64,000 nucleotides of DNA, from NCBI GenBank assembly GCA_963819655.1, contig CAWFXA010000002.1, positions 768,001 through 832,000 of the forward strand. Direction: 5' to 3'. Below, piece by piece: positions 31,629-41,376 of the stretch. This stretch comes from an uncultured Chloroflexia bacterium. GTDB lineage: Bacteria > Chloroflexota > Limnocylindria > Limnocylindrales > CSP1-4. The position numbers were made by a program, and so were the translations under genes. Under the pieces are notes generated by a model. The model saw only the letters and a list, made by a program, of their open reading frames with translations, was not told the DNA's origin and ran no database searches. Within the stretch, counting starts at the first letter, position 1. The number at the start of each line of letters is the position of its first letter.

Positions 31629-32522
31629 ATGGAGCTAGCTGTCATCTTGCCGGCGGCATTCGTTCTCCTCGTCCTGGTGGTCGTCGCGATCGCCTCGATC
31701 AAGATCGTCAACCAATACGAGCGTCTGCTCGTGTTCACCCTCGGGCGGACGAGCCCGAACGAGGTGAAGGGCCCGGGCTGGGTGTTCATCGTGCCGATCG
31801 CCCAGCGCGGTGTTCGCGTCGACCTCCGGGAGCGCTTCATCGAGATCCCGAGCCAGACGAACATCACCAGGGACAACGCGCCGATCAGCATCGACTTCCT
31901 GATCTACTGGCGGATCGTCGATCCGTACAGGAGCATCGTCGAGGTCCAGAACTTCGAGGGCGCGCTCCAGAACATCGCGACCACGACGCTGCGCGCCGTC
32001 ATCGGCGACATCCTGCTCGACGACGTGCTGTCGAAGCGCGAGCAGATCAACGAAGTCCTGCGCGTGAAGATGGACGAAGTGACCGAGCGTTGGGGCGGCA
32101 AGGTCACGACGGTCGAGATCCGCGAGATCATCCCGCCGCGCGACGTCCAGGACGCGATGAACCGACAGCTGTCCGCGGAGCGCACGCGGCGTGCCGTCAT
32201 CATCGAGTCGGAGGGCGCGCGCCAATCGGCGATCAACGTCGCCGAGGGCACGAAGCAGGCCGAGATCCTGCGCGCCGAGGGCGATCGGCAGGCGGCCATC
32301 CTGCGGGCCGAAGGCTTCGCATTGGCGCTCGAGCAGATCTACGGTGCGGCGTCGAAAGTCGACGAGAAGACGATGGCGCTGCAGTACCTCGAAGCGTTCA
32401 AGGCGCTCGGCGCCAGCCCGTCGACGAAGTACGTGCTCCCGATGGAGATCACCAGTCTTGCCGAGTCGTTCCGCGGGTTCCTCGCGGCGTCGAACGAAGG
32501 CGGTCCGCCGACGACCGGCTGA
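31629..32522 (+). CDS. SPFH/stomatin-like protein
   Basis: VNQYER, VDLR, ITRDN, TTLRAVIG, AERTRRA; AGGAGG RBS; canonical nfeD partner. Confidence 0.95.
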   Translation: MELAVILPAAFVLLVLVVVAIASIKIVNQYERLLVFTLGRTSPNEVKGPGWVFIVPIAQRGVRVDLRERFIEIPSQTNITRDNAPISIDFLIYWRIVDPYRSIVEVQNFEGALQNIATTTLRAVIGDILLDDVLSKREQINEVLRVKMDEVTERWGGKVTTVEIREIIPPRDVQDAMNRQLSAERTRRAVIIESEGARQSAINVAEGTKQAEILRAEGDRQAAILRAEGFALALEQIYGAASKVDEKTMALQYLEAFKALGASPSTKYVLPMEITSLAESFRGFLAASNEGGPPTTG

Positions 32523-32583
32523 ATGGCGATGACCCCGGGTGGACACCCGGGGTCGTGATCTCGGGACTGCCCCACGGGCGGGC

Positions 32584-33291
32584 TCAGCCTTGGACGGCGG
32601 CCTCAGCGAACGACGCCATGTCCGTGTAGCGGGCATCGGGTGACGCATCCGCCGGCGGGGTCGCCCCCGCTCCTGGGCGATCGGACCGTCGATCGATCCA
32701 CACCGTCGTGAGGCCGAGGCGCTTGGCCGGCACGTGGTCATGGAACAGGCTCTGGGCGACGTGCACGATGCGCTCGCGCGGGAGGCCCAACCGCTCGAAC
32801 GCCGCCAGGAAGTTCGTCTCGTCGGGCTTGTACGAACCGACCTGCTGCGCCGTGACGATCCAGTCGAACTCGACGCCGAGTCGGCGGTTCGAGGCTGCAA
32901 ACAGGTCGTCGTCGCAGTTCGTGATCACGCCGAGCCGGAAGCGCGTCTTGAGCCGGGCGAGAGCCGCACCGGAATCCGCGAAGGCGGGCCAGTCACCGAC
33001 CGATGCGGAGAACGCGGCGACCTCTTCGGCGGTCGGCGTGAAAGCGAGGTCCTCCGCGACGCCGCGGAGACTAACCGCCAGGACCTCTCGGTACGTGCGA
33101 TACGGGCCGGCCTCGGCTGCGGCCTCATGTCGGGCGAACCGCACGAGGAGCTCCTCATCGTCGGTCGTCGCGTCGTGGGCCTCGAGGATCGGTCTGAACG
33201 CTGCGGTCAGGCCGGCCTCCCAGTCGATCAGGGTCCCGTAGCAGTCGAAGGTGAGGGCCTCGACGCTCCCGTAGTCGATGGGCGTGGGCAC
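32584..33291 (-). CDS. Haloacid dehalogenase type II (HAD superfamily)
   Basis: LTFDCYGTLIDWE, ITN, YKP, HVAQSLFHDHVPAK. Confidence 0.92.
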   Translation of the reverse strand: MPTPIDYGSVEALTFDCYGTLIDWEAGLTAAFRPILEAHDATTDDEELLVRFARHEAAAEAGPYRTYREVLAVSLRGVAEDLAFTPTAEEVAAFSASVGDWPAFADSGAALARLKTRFRLGVITNCDDDLFAASNRRLGVEFDWIVTAQQVGSYKPDETNFLAAFERLGLPRERIVHVAQSLFHDHVPAKRLGLTTVWIDRRSDRPGAGATPPADASPDARYTDMASFAEAAVQG

Positions 33292-33389
33292 GGGGATCGG
33301 GTCCTCCTGCGGGTCGCCCAGTGGCAGCGAGGTAGCATGATCGGGTCGACCGAGGGAACTGTAGCCGGGAGGGCGCCGTCCGGAGCGCG

Positions 33390-34124
33390 ATGGATGACCT
33401 GGCGCGGTCCCTGATCCGGTCGGTGGCGATCGTCGTGCTCGTTGCCGCGTGTGCGGGTGCAGCGGCACCGTCGTCGAGCCCCGCGCCGTCCTTCGATGAC
33501 GGGCCTGTCACGACCGAGGAGCAGGCCATCGCGCGGGTGATCGCCCACGAGCCGCGGCTGGCGGGGATCGTGAAGCGCGACCCCGACATGATCGGCCAGT
33601 CGAGCTGGTACGAGGCCATGCCGGCATCCGGGGTCGGTGCGTTCATCGTCACCGTCCGGATCGGCTGGGGCGATTGCCAGGCTGGCTGCATCGACGAGCA
33701 CACGTGGGTCTACGCGGTGAGCCCGGATGGCAGCGTGACACTCCAATCGGAGGGCGGTGGCGCGGTCCCGGATTCAGCGTGGCCGGGGGGCGCAGGCGAG
33801 CAGCCTGGCCGCACCGGGATCCTCGTGACCGCCGTGGCCGGACCGACCTGTCCCGTCGAGACCATCCCGCCGGATCCGGCCTGTGCTCCACGCCCGGTCC
33901 CGGACACACTGATCGATGTCACCGATGGCGCCGGACGACAGGTCGCCCGGCAGGCGACCGACGGCACCGGCACGTCATTCTTCGAGCTGCCGCCGGGCGT
34001 GTACGTCGTCACCGTCGCAGATACCGGTGAGGGCTTCTTCGGCGTCCCCGACGCGCAGAAGGTCGAGGTGGTCGCCGGAGCCGTCGCACCCGTGACGATC
34101 GCCTTCGATACGGGCATCCGCTAA
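33390..34124 (+). CDS. Lipoprotein with C-terminal carboxypeptidase-regulatory-like beta domain
   Basis: VAAC lipobox; GWGDCQAGC; GPTCPVE...C; TDGTG.FFELPPG.Y; ends FDTGIR. Confidence 0.75.
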   Translation: MDDLARSLIRSVAIVVLVAACAGAAAPSSSPAPSFDDGPVTTEEQAIARVIAHEPRLAGIVKRDPDMIGQSSWYEAMPASGVGAFIVTVRIGWGDCQAGCIDEHTWVYAVSPDGSVTLQSEGGGAVPDSAWPGGAGEQPGRTGILVTAVAGPTCPVETIPPDPACAPRPVPDTLIDVTDGAGRQVARQATDGTGTSFFELPPGVYVVTVADTGEGFFGVPDAQKVEVVAGAVAPVTIAFDTGIR

Positions 34125-34163
34125 CGGCGATTTCGGTGCCCGACGGCACCGCGACGGCATCCG

Positions 34164-34197
34164 GCAAGGTCCGCCGCAAGGTCGGCGACGGTACATT
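34164..34197 (+). promoter_or_regulatory. GCAAGGT-N5-GCAAGGT direct repeat plus -10-like TACATT
   Basis: GCAAGGT at 34164 and 34176; TACATT 34192-34197; ATG 34204 six nt later. Confidence 0.7.
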
Positions 34198-34203
34198 CCG
34201 CGC

Positions 34204-34866
34204 ATGCCCGTTCGGCCGCCTCGCACCAACCTCATCCACATCGGGATCATGGCCGCCGTGCTCATCGGCTCCCTCGTGACTGTCGCGCTCGCGTCGGGCG
34301 GGATCGGGCCGACCGCGACATCGGGAGCGGCCACGGCATCCGACTCTGGCGACAAGGCGAATAAGCCGGACAAGGCCAAGAAGGCCGATAAGGCGGATAA
34401 AGCCAAGAGCGTCGACGTGACCGTCAGCGGCACCCTCGGGACTCGCATCGCAGCCGACGGGTCGACCGAGTACACGCTCACATCCGGCGACACCGTGCTG
34501 CTCCTGGACGCCGGCCCGGCCTGGTTCTTCCGGGATGCCTATCCACTCGCACCGTTTGTCGGCAAGCAGGTCACGATCGGCGGCGAACAGAAGGAGGGCT
34601 CGACCAGCGTCGACGTCCTGACCGTGGATGGCACCGCGCTCCGCGAACCGGGCAAGCCGCCCTGGGCCGGCGGCTGGAAGAAGGTCGGCAAGGACCATCC
34701 GGGGTGGACGCAGGAGAAGGCCGATCGCCAGGCGGCCAAGCAGGCCGACAGGGCAGCCAAGCGGGCCGCCAAGATGGAGCGCTTCGGGCTCCAGTGCTGG
34801 CCTCCCGGCCACTGCAAGGACGGCTCTGCGAGCGACGTGAACCCGGGCGCCTCGACGGCGCCCTAG
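34204..34866 (+). CDS. Secreted or membrane-anchored hypothetical protein (OB-fold-like core, KAD repeats)
   Basis: N-terminal hydrophobic segment; DKA repeats; DAGPAWF...LREPGKPPWAGG; CWPPGHC. Confidence 0.7.
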   Translation: MPVRPPRTNLIHIGIMAAVLIGSLVTVALASGGIGPTATSGAATASDSGDKANKPDKAKKADKADKAKSVDVTVSGTLGTRIAADGSTEYTLTSGDTVLLLDAGPAWFFRDAYPLAPFVGKQVTIGGEQKEGSTSVDVLTVDGTALREPGKPPWAGGWKKVGKDHPGWTQEKADRQAAKQADRAAKRAAKMERFGLQCWPPGHCKDGSASDVNPGASTAP

Positions 34867-34948
34867 GACGACCCACCGACTTTTCGCGGCCCCGCTGGCC
34901 CGACGCGGTCCGGCGCGGCGCTGCGCACCCACCGCGTACGATGCCGTC

Positions 34949-35767
34949 ATGCGGCTGCCCGTCGCCCTCGTCCAGCTCGACGCGACCGGTGATGTCGAGG
35001 CGAACATCGATCGCGCCACCGCTCTCGCGGCCGAAGCCGCCGCGGGCGGCGCTCGCCTGGTCGTCCTGCCCGAGTACCTGCACTACCGGGGCGACGACCA
35101 TGGCTTCCGGGCGTCCGCACGACCGATTCCAGGGCCGTTCACCGAGGCATTCGCCGAGGTCGCGCGACGGCATGACGCGTGGATCCTCGCCGGCAGCGTC
35201 GCGGAGACCTCGGACGACGCCGCGTGTCCCTACAACACCAGTGTGCTGCTCGATCCGAGCGGCTCGATCGCGGCGACGTACCGCAAGATCCACCTCTTCG
35301 ACGTGTCCGTCGACGACGGCCCGGTCGATACCGAATCCGCCCGCGTCTCCCCCGGGGACACGCCGGTCGTTGCCGATGTCGACGGCGTGCGTGTCGGCCT
35401 GTCGGTGTGCTACGACCTCCGCTTCCCGGAGCTGTATCGCACGTTGGCGCTGGCTGGCGCTGAAGTGCTTGCGGTCCCCTCCAACTTCACAGAGCGAACG
35501 GGCCGCGATCATTGGGAGGTGCTACTCCGCGCGCGAGCGATCGAAAACGGCGCGTGGGTCCTGGCTCCTGGCCAGTCGGGCGGACCACCCGGGCAGCCGG
35601 CGTTCGGGCGGTCGATGGTCATCGATCCGTGGGGCACCGTCGTGGCCCAGGCGTCCGACGGCGTCGGCATCATCCGGGCGGACGTGGAGACGGACCGCGT
35701 CGCCGCGGTCCGTCGTCAGATCCCGTCTCTGGCCAACCGGCGACCCGAGGCCTACCGGCTGGCGTAG
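34949..35767 (+). CDS. Carbon-nitrogen hydrolase (Nit1-like)
   Basis: VLPE, YRKIHLFD, VCYDLRFPE, RARAIEN, DPWG. Confidence 0.95.
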   Translation: MRLPVALVQLDATGDVEANIDRATALAAEAAAGGARLVVLPEYLHYRGDDHGFRASARPIPGPFTEAFAEVARRHDAWILAGSVAETSDDAACPYNTSVLLDPSGSIAATYRKIHLFDVSVDDGPVDTESARVSPGDTPVVADVDGVRVGLSVCYDLRFPELYRTLALAGAEVLAVPSNFTERTGRDHWEVLLRARAIENGAWVLAPGQSGGPPGQPAFGRSMVIDPWGTVVAQASDGVGIIRADVETDRVAAVRRQIPSLANRRPEAYRLA

Positions 35768-35793
35768 GCGGCCCGCTGGGCCGCCGACGACCG

Positions 35794-36927
35794 CTACTTC
35801 ACGAGCTGGATGCCGATAGCACCGGCTCCCTGGATGGGTCCGCCGCTCACGGCGCCCGTGGTGATGTACCGGACGAACCAGCCGGCGATGCAGCTGCTGC
35901 TGCCGTTGCCGGCGATCGGGACGAGCGTGGTCCCGTTGCCCTGGCAGGCCAGGTTGTGGCCCCCGTTCTGATCCGACATGTAGTCGAGGAAGAATGCGGC
36001 GACCCGGATGATGTGGTACGTGGCGTGACTGCCGCCGGACGTCGTGCAGTCACCGTCGCAGATCGGGATGAACACGACCTTGCCGGAATAAGCATTGACC
36101 GCGTCGACCATCGGCTTGGCACAGTTGTTGCCGTTGTCCGAGTTGACGGTCACGGGGAAGCTCGCGAACTGGACCGCCGGCGGGTTGGTGACTTCGTCGT
36201 CGCAGTTGTTGGGATTCCCGTCGAGGTCGAGAACCATGAACGAGCCGCCACCGGTCTTGCACAGGGGCACGATGTATTCCTGGCCCTCGGGGTTGGAGTC
36301 GAGATCCGCGCCGTCAGGATTGCTGATCTGCCAATTGATCTCGCCGGTGCCTAGATCGCCGTTGACGTCGCAGTCGACGATGTTGACCGGGAAGACGACG
36401 GGCATGATCAGGCCACCTGAAAGGGCGCCAGCCACCGACGTCGCCTCGGCGGAGGCGGTGAACTGGTTCATTCCGAGCACTCGAGCGAACGTCGTATCGA
36501 AGTTCTGCGATCCCATGGCCTGGACGCCCTGGGCGTTGGGCGGGATCACGCCATCGCCGACCCGAGCGGCCGAGCCAAGCCCTCCGGAGGGAGTGCCGCC
36601 GTTGTTCAGCAGTTGCCCGGTCACATCGGTGTAATAGCCGAGGTACGAGCCGAGCGCATTCAGGCCAGACACCCTCGTCATCGCAGCGGCGACATTCGAA
36701 TCCGTTTTCGCTGTGCCGCCGAGATTCTCCGCCAGGACCGTGGCGCCGGCGTTCGCGATGGCGTCGGCGCCGTTCTGTGCCTGGCGCTGGTGGGCATACG
36801 CGTTGCCGGCCTCCAGGACCAGGGCGACTCCGCCGATCAGGGAGATCATCGCCATGGCAGCGATGACGATCACCTGGCCTCGTGGCCGCCGGGTGGAGAC
36901 GTGGCGAGTCATCGGTTTCCCTCTCAT
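35794..36927 (-). CDS. tadG: TadG-like pseudopilin, cassette A
   Basis: RG|QVIVIAA prepilin-type N-terminus, EAGNAY...AQNGADA.A.AGA Tad domain, Cys-rich C-domain. Confidence 0.8.
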   Translation of the reverse strand: MRGKPMTRHVSTRRPRGQVIVIAAMAMISLIGGVALVLEAGNAYAHQRQAQNGADAIANAGATVLAENLGGTAKTDSNVAAAMTRVSGLNALGSYLGYYTDVTGQLLNNGGTPSGGLGSAARVGDGVIPPNAQGVQAMGSQNFDTTFARVLGMNQFTASAEATSVAGALSGGLIMPVVFPVNIVDCDVNGDLGTGEINWQISNPDGADLDSNPEGQEYIVPLCKTGGGSFMVLDLDGNPNNCDDEVTNPPAVQFASFPVTVNSDNGNNCAKPMVDAVNAYSGKVVFIPICDGDCTTSGGSHATYHIIRVAAFFLDYMSDQNGGHNLACQGNGTTLVPIAGNGSSSCIAGWFVRYITTGAVSGGPIQGAGAIGIQLVK

Positions 36928-37436
36928 GGTTGCTTGGGGCAGTTGGCTGCGGCGGCGCCGTCGTTCCGGTTGGCCGGGCAGCTGAACTCCACGGACAGCG
37001 TGGAGGTGGCAGTGAAGGTCACGCCGTTCTTGAAGACGATGTTCCCGATGAGCGGCGTGATCGGTTGATAGGTGGCTTCGAAACTGACGGTGGCCATGCA
37101 GCCGACGGCGATCTGGCTCAACGCACAGGGGACCGCCGTGTTCGGTGTCCCGTCGGCGTTCACCTGGTAGAAGTCCACCTGGACGCTCGGATCGTTGAGC
37201 TCGACGATCGCGGTCTGCTGCTTCGCGCGCGCCACGATGCTCGGCTTGTACTGGTTCACGATCGCCATACGCGCCCCTTCGCGCGCTGCGTTCGTTAGCG
37301 TGTTGTAAGCGAAGACGGCTCGACCGAGGTCGAAGATCGCCACCAGCAGAAGGATGAAGATCGGCAGGACGAGCGCGAACTCGACGAGGGCCTGGCCACG
37401 CTTCGCTCCGCGGGGGCGTCGACGGAAGGTATTCAT
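36924..37436 (-). CDS. tadE: TadE-like pseudopilin, cassette A
   Basis: RG|QALVEFALVLP...DLGR...NAAREGAR...YQPITP; ATGA overlaps on both sides. Confidence 0.9.
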   Translation of the reverse strand: MNTFRRRPRGAKRGQALVEFALVLPIFILLLVAIFDLGRAVFAYNTLTNAAREGARMAIVNQYKPSIVARAKQQTAIVELNDPSVQVDFYQVNADGTPNTAVPCALSQIAVGCMATVSFEATYQPITPLIGNIVFKNGVTFTATSTLSVEFSCPANRNDGAAAANCPKQP

Positions 37437-38662
37437 GGATTGTTCACCGTCACGCTGCTGCTGCATGGAACCTGCGATGCCGCCGTGATCGACTGCGACA
37501 GGATCGTGAAGTTGCCGTTCGGGGCGCCTGGACCGTTGCTGACCGTGCCGGTGAAGCTCGCCGCGTTCCATACCGCCTGGGCGTTGTTGCGCTTCACGCC
37601 GTCGAGACTTGGGACCGTGCACAGGGCGGTGCCCAGCGAGATCGTCTTGGTGGCGCTCTCCGGCCCAGTCGGGTAGGTCACCGTCAGCGTCACGTCATAC
37701 GAGCCGGCCGAGCTATACCCGTGGCTCGTGGTGGTCCCGGTGCCAGTGCCTTCACCCGCCCCGAACGTCCAGTCGTAGCTCGTGCCACCGGGTGACGAGG
37801 CGTCGGTGAAGTCCACCGTCGCCGGCGCGTTCGGACCCGACATGGCGTAGGTGAAATCGACCGTCGTGGGCAACCCCACGTTCACGGTCATCGATTCGGT
37901 GGTGGATCCCCACGCGTTCGTCGCCCTCATCGTCACGACGTACGACCCCGGCAGGAGGAACTGGTGGTCCAGCGGGTCCTGCAGCGGCGATGTAGTGCCG
38001 TCGTCCGGGAACGTCCACAGCCATTCCGTCGGGCTGCCGCCCGACGTGTCCCGGAAGGTGACGGTAAACGGCGCGGTCCCACTGACTGAGTTCGGCGCGA
38101 GCGTCCCGTTGCCCGTGAAGGCGGCGTTCGGTGCGCTCCCCACTGGCCCACCACCGCCGGTCGACGTCATCCCGCTCTTGACCGGGAACACCGACGACGA
38201 CGCCACCGAGATCGAGCCACCAAGGACGTCCCGGATCCCCGGGGTGATTAGGTTGAACGTGCAGGACAGCGCGACCGATGCGGAGTCGCCGATGTCGTCG
38301 GCGGCGCCGTTGCCGCCGGTGTCACTGAATGTCGGATCCGGGGCAGTCGTCACCCCACTGACCGTCGGCAGCTGGCAGTTCGTCGCGGCCGCGTCGTTGC
38401 GGATCTGGTTCTGGTACTTGGCCTGGACGGCAACATCGCCGCCGCCCTGCCATGCCGTGGGGTTGTTCGCGGCGAGGTTGGCCGCGATCCGGCTCATGCT
38501 CTGGAGGTTGATCCAGCCGAGGTAGACCCGACCGAAATCGAGCGCCACGAGGGTCAGGTACAACAGGATCGGCAGGACGATCGCGAACTCGACGAGGCTC
38601 TGGCCTCGGCGGCGGCGGTGGCGGTCGTTCCTGAGCCCGTCGGTGGGTCGCATGAAGCGCAT
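37433..38662 (-). CDS. TadE-like pseudopilin fused to two PKD domains and a PASTA-like domain, cassette A
   Basis: RG|QSLVEFAIVLP; PKD motifs WLWTFPD / YDWTFG...H.Y...G.Y.VTL; C-terminal CTVPSLDG...AQAVW...LSQS. Confidence 0.85.
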   Translation of the reverse strand: MRFMRPTDGLRNDRHRRRRGQSLVEFAIVLPILLYLTLVALDFGRVYLGWINLQSMSRIAANLAANNPTAWQGGGDVAVQAKYQNQIRNDAAATNCQLPTVSGVTTAPDPTFSDTGGNGAADDIGDSASVALSCTFNLITPGIRDVLGGSISVASSSVFPVKSGMTSTGGGGPVGSAPNAAFTGNGTLAPNSVSGTAPFTVTFRDTSGGSPTEWLWTFPDDGTTSPLQDPLDHQFLLPGSYVVTMRATNAWGSTTESMTVNVGLPTTVDFTYAMSGPNAPATVDFTDASSPGGTSYDWTFGAGEGTGTGTTTSHGYSSAGSYDVTLTVTYPTGPESATKTISLGTALCTVPSLDGVKRNNAQAVWNAASFTGTVSNGPGAPNGNFTILSQSITAASQVPCSSSVTVNNP

Positions 38663-38701
38663 CAAGGGTTTCCTGCGTGCGGATTCGGAGAGGTGCGGCC
38701 G

Positions 38702-38735
38702 ATGCTCGGCGTAGCACCTTTCACGGTCCCTTGAA
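38702..38735 (-). promoter_or_regulatory. Degenerate 12-bp-period repeat (TCAAGGG-N5-GAAAGGT) plus GAGCAT
   Basis: Plus strand acctttca (38716) and cccttgaa (38728); same period and similar offset to a -10-like hexamer as the three perfect sites. Confidence 0.5.
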
Positions 38736-38831
38736 TCGGTGCGCGACTGCATAGCCCGAACGGCCTACTGCCCGGGCACGATGGTCAGGCGGTTCGCACG
38801 CTGCCGCGGCCAGGGATCGCCTCGGAATCGA

Positions 38832-38858
38832 GAGAGCCGCGCCCCCAGCGCGGCTCTC
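38832..38858 (-). terminator. Terminator hairpin separating cassettes B and A
   Basis: gagagccgcg / cgcggctctc 10-bp stem, 21 nt after the tadG-B stop. Confidence 0.65.
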
Positions 38859-38879
38859 CGAGGTGTTGTCGCTGCGTTC

Positions 38880-39881
38880 CTAGTCGATGAGCTTGATCAC
38901 ATAGGTGCCGTGGAAGAATCCGGCGCAAGCGGAGTCGGTGATGGCGCACACGTCATCGGCCGATGCGCTCCGGGTGATGCCCGTCAGGAAGTAGCCGGTG
39001 ATCGTCCCTTCCTCGCCGCCGCCGTTCTTCGCGGCGCTCACGACGTGGAACAGCGCCCATCCGCGGAAGCAGCCGACGTCGTGGGTCCCGTCGTTGCAAT
39101 GGGTCTGGCCGGGGATGGGAGGTCCGACGATGGGGACGGCGACGTTGAGTCCGGCGAGCGTCGTGTTGACGCTCGGCTGACTCGGTGAATTCGTATCGAA
39201 CAGCGCGTTGTGGACGCCGTTGTTGCTCTGGCCGATGTAGTCATTGAGCGCGAGGTCACCGTTGATCGGCGCCGTGCCATCCAGGGCGTCCGAGACGTCC
39301 CTGGTGGAGACGTTGCCCGTCCCAAGATTCGTCCAGGCCACGTTGAGCACCGTGAGCGGTGAGTCGCTGCCCTGACCATGGGTCTTCGTGAAGTCGGTCG
39401 GAGTCGTGTACGGCTCGAACGGAAGACCGGAGACCGGGTCGAAGATCTCCTGACTGAGGATGAACGGGGCGACCCCGGAGAACTTCGTCGGGATCCCGGT
39501 GAGCGCCGTCGCGGTGACACTGACCTGCCAGGTCGGCTGCCCGACCACGCCCGCGAAGTAGTTCGAGTGGGGCGCGCTTATGTCGACCTTGACTGTCTTC
39601 GGCGTGGTGCTCACGTTGACCGTGACACCACCGGTCCCATGGGTGTACTCGTTGGCCGCCGCCGCAGCCTGGGCAGCGGCAGTCGGGTTCTGGCCATTGA
39701 GCAGCGCGTTCGCTCCGGCGAAGGCCGCGAGGTCGGCCGCATTCTGCTCGCTTCGGCGTTGGGCGAACGCAAACCCCCCGTCGATCACCAGGCCCACGCC
39801 CGCGATGATCGCCACCAAGGCGACCACGAAGATGACGAGGATCTGGCCGCGCTGGTCAGATCGGCTATTGGATCTGCGCAC
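38880..39881 (-). CDS. tadG: TadG-like pseudopilin, cassette B
   Basis: RG|QILVIFVV, IDGG...EQNAADLAAFAGA; Cys-rich C-domain ending YVIKLID. Confidence 0.8.
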   Translation of the reverse strand: MRRSNSRSDQRGQILVIFVVALVAIIAGVGLVIDGGFAFAQRRSEQNAADLAAFAGANALLNGQNPTAAAQAAAAANEYTHGTGGVTVNVSTTPKTVKVDISAPHSNYFAGVVGQPTWQVSVTATALTGIPTKFSGVAPFILSQEIFDPVSGLPFEPYTTPTDFTKTHGQGSDSPLTVLNVAWTNLGTGNVSTRDVSDALDGTAPINGDLALNDYIGQSNNGVHNALFDTNSPSQPSVNTTLAGLNVAVPIVGPPIPGQTHCNDGTHDVGCFRGWALFHVVSAAKNGGGEEGTITGYFLTGITRSASADDVCAITDSACAGFFHGTYVIKLID

Positions 39882-40308
39882 TGCTACTTCCCTCCATGGT
39901 CCACGTGCCGGTCAGCCCAAGCAACGGCGTGACGGGTTGGTACGGTGCCGTGATCTCCACTTGGACCGAGTGCTTGCTGAAATCACACGGATTAGGCGCG
40001 ACGGGTGCCCCGCTTTCGTCGACGCAGCTGATGGTCGGGTTGGCGAGGCCGGGAATCAGGCCTCTCTGCGTCGCGAGGACGTTCTGTGTCTCGGTACTGC
40101 CGCCTGGTGTACAGGTCAGTGCATCCGGGACGGCGCAGGGATGGACACTCGTTACCCGCGCGAGCTCGCGCGCGGCCTGGGAGACCCCGTTGAACTTGTA
40201 GATCGCCATGCCGAAGTCGACGACGCCCATCAGGATCACCAGGAAGACGATGATGGTCAGCGCGAATTCGACGACGGCCTGACCGGCGAACGATCGAGTC
40301 CTGCTCAT
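39865..40308 (-). CDS. tadE: TadE-like pseudopilin, cassette B
   Basis: AG|QAVVEFAL...DFG...QAARELAR...YQPVTP. Confidence 0.88.
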   Translation of the reverse strand: MSRTRSFAGQAVVEFALTIIVFLVILMGVVDFGMAIYKFNGVSQAARELARVTSVHPCAVPDALTCTPGGSTETQNVLATQRGLIPGLANPTISCVDESGAPVAPNPCDFSKHSVQVEITAPYQPVTPLLGLTGTWTMEGSSSAQIQ

Positions 40309-41309
40309 GGCGATGTCACGGTCTGCGTCGCCGTCACCGTGCACGTGCCGGCGTTGTTCGTCGCCGTGACGGTGACCGAGTGCGGGCCGGTCGAGGGGAA
40401 GTTCACGGTCGGGCTCTTGCCGGTCGCGGTGATCGCGCCCGTCCAGGCGAATGCCCACGGCCCACCCGACGATGGTGTGAGGGTCGCATCGAGGTCCATC
40501 CGGTGCGGGAACGACCTGTTCGACTTGTCGGTCGCGGTGAAGGCGATCGTCGGACAGACCGGCGGAGGTCCGGTGCCCGTGACCGTGATCACCGCGGTAT
40601 CGGTGTCGGTCTGGCCGCGGCTGTCAGTGATGGTGAGGACGACGGTGTGCGAACCCACGGAGAACGAGTGATTGATCGTCATCCCCGATCCACCGAAGCT
40701 CCAGAGGTATGACGTGATCGTCGCTCCGGGCGAACTCGACCCTGAGGCGTTGAAGGAAACGTCGAGTGGCTCCGGCCCACTCATCGGGCTAGCCGTGAAC
40801 GCGGCGATGGGGTCGGGAACGGACGGGAACGTGACCTGTGGGACGACCAGACACTGCGCCTCAGCCGTCGCGTGGAGCACCACGTTCGAGCCGACGATCG
40901 AACCGATGATCGGCGTCACCATCCGGAATGGCGCCGACACCTCGACCGAGACGTTCGGCGGCCCCCCTGGCGGATACATCGCGTCCTTCACGCAGGTCGC
41001 TGGCGTCAGGGTGACGCGTGCCTGCTCGACCTCGACGAAGCCTCCCTGGGCCTCGGTCAGAGCGCCGCACATCACGGTGTTGGTGTCGCTGCAGGGCTGG
41101 TTGCTCTGGTACGTGCCGCCCTGGGATGCGACGAGCGCCCCCTCCTTCGCCGCGTTCGTGATCGTGATCTGCGAGTACAGCAAGCGGCCCAGGTCCAGGG
41201 CGGTGAGCAGCAGGAGAAGGAAGACCGGCGCGACGAGCGCGAGCTCGACGAGGCTTTGGCCTCGCGAGCGAGCGGACCGACCGCGACGTGACGGACGGAT
41301 GATGAGCAT
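40305..41309 (-). CDS. TadE-like pseudopilin fused to PKD domains, cassette B
   Basis: RG|QSLVELALVAP, NAAKEGA; PKD P.A.F...YLWSFG...H.V.LT.TD, then a second PKD-like domain. Confidence 0.85.
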   Translation of the reverse strand: MLIIRPSRRGRSARSRGQSLVELALVAPVFLLLLLTALDLGRLLYSQITITNAAKEGALVASQGGTYQSNQPCSDTNTVMCGALTEAQGGFVEVEQARVTLTPATCVKDAMYPPGGPPNVSVEVSAPFRMVTPIIGSIVGSNVVLHATAEAQCLVVPQVTFPSVPDPIAAFTASPMSGPEPLDVSFNASGSSSPGATITSYLWSFGGSGMTINHSFSVGSHTVVLTITDSRGQTDTDTAVITVTGTGPPPVCPTIAFTATDKSNRSFPHRMDLDATLTPSSGGPWAFAWTGAITATGKSPTVNFPSTGPHSVTVTATNNAGTCTVTATQTVTSP

Positions 41310-41343
41310 GAGTCCCCCGACAGGCTGGTACGAAAGTCCCGGA

Positions 41344-41376
41344 ATGGTCGCACCGGCACCTTGCACGTCACCTTGC
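41344..41376 (-). promoter_or_regulatory. GCAAGGT-N5-GCAAGGT direct repeat plus -10-like GACCAT
   Basis: Plus strand accttgc at 41358 and 41370. Confidence 0.7.
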
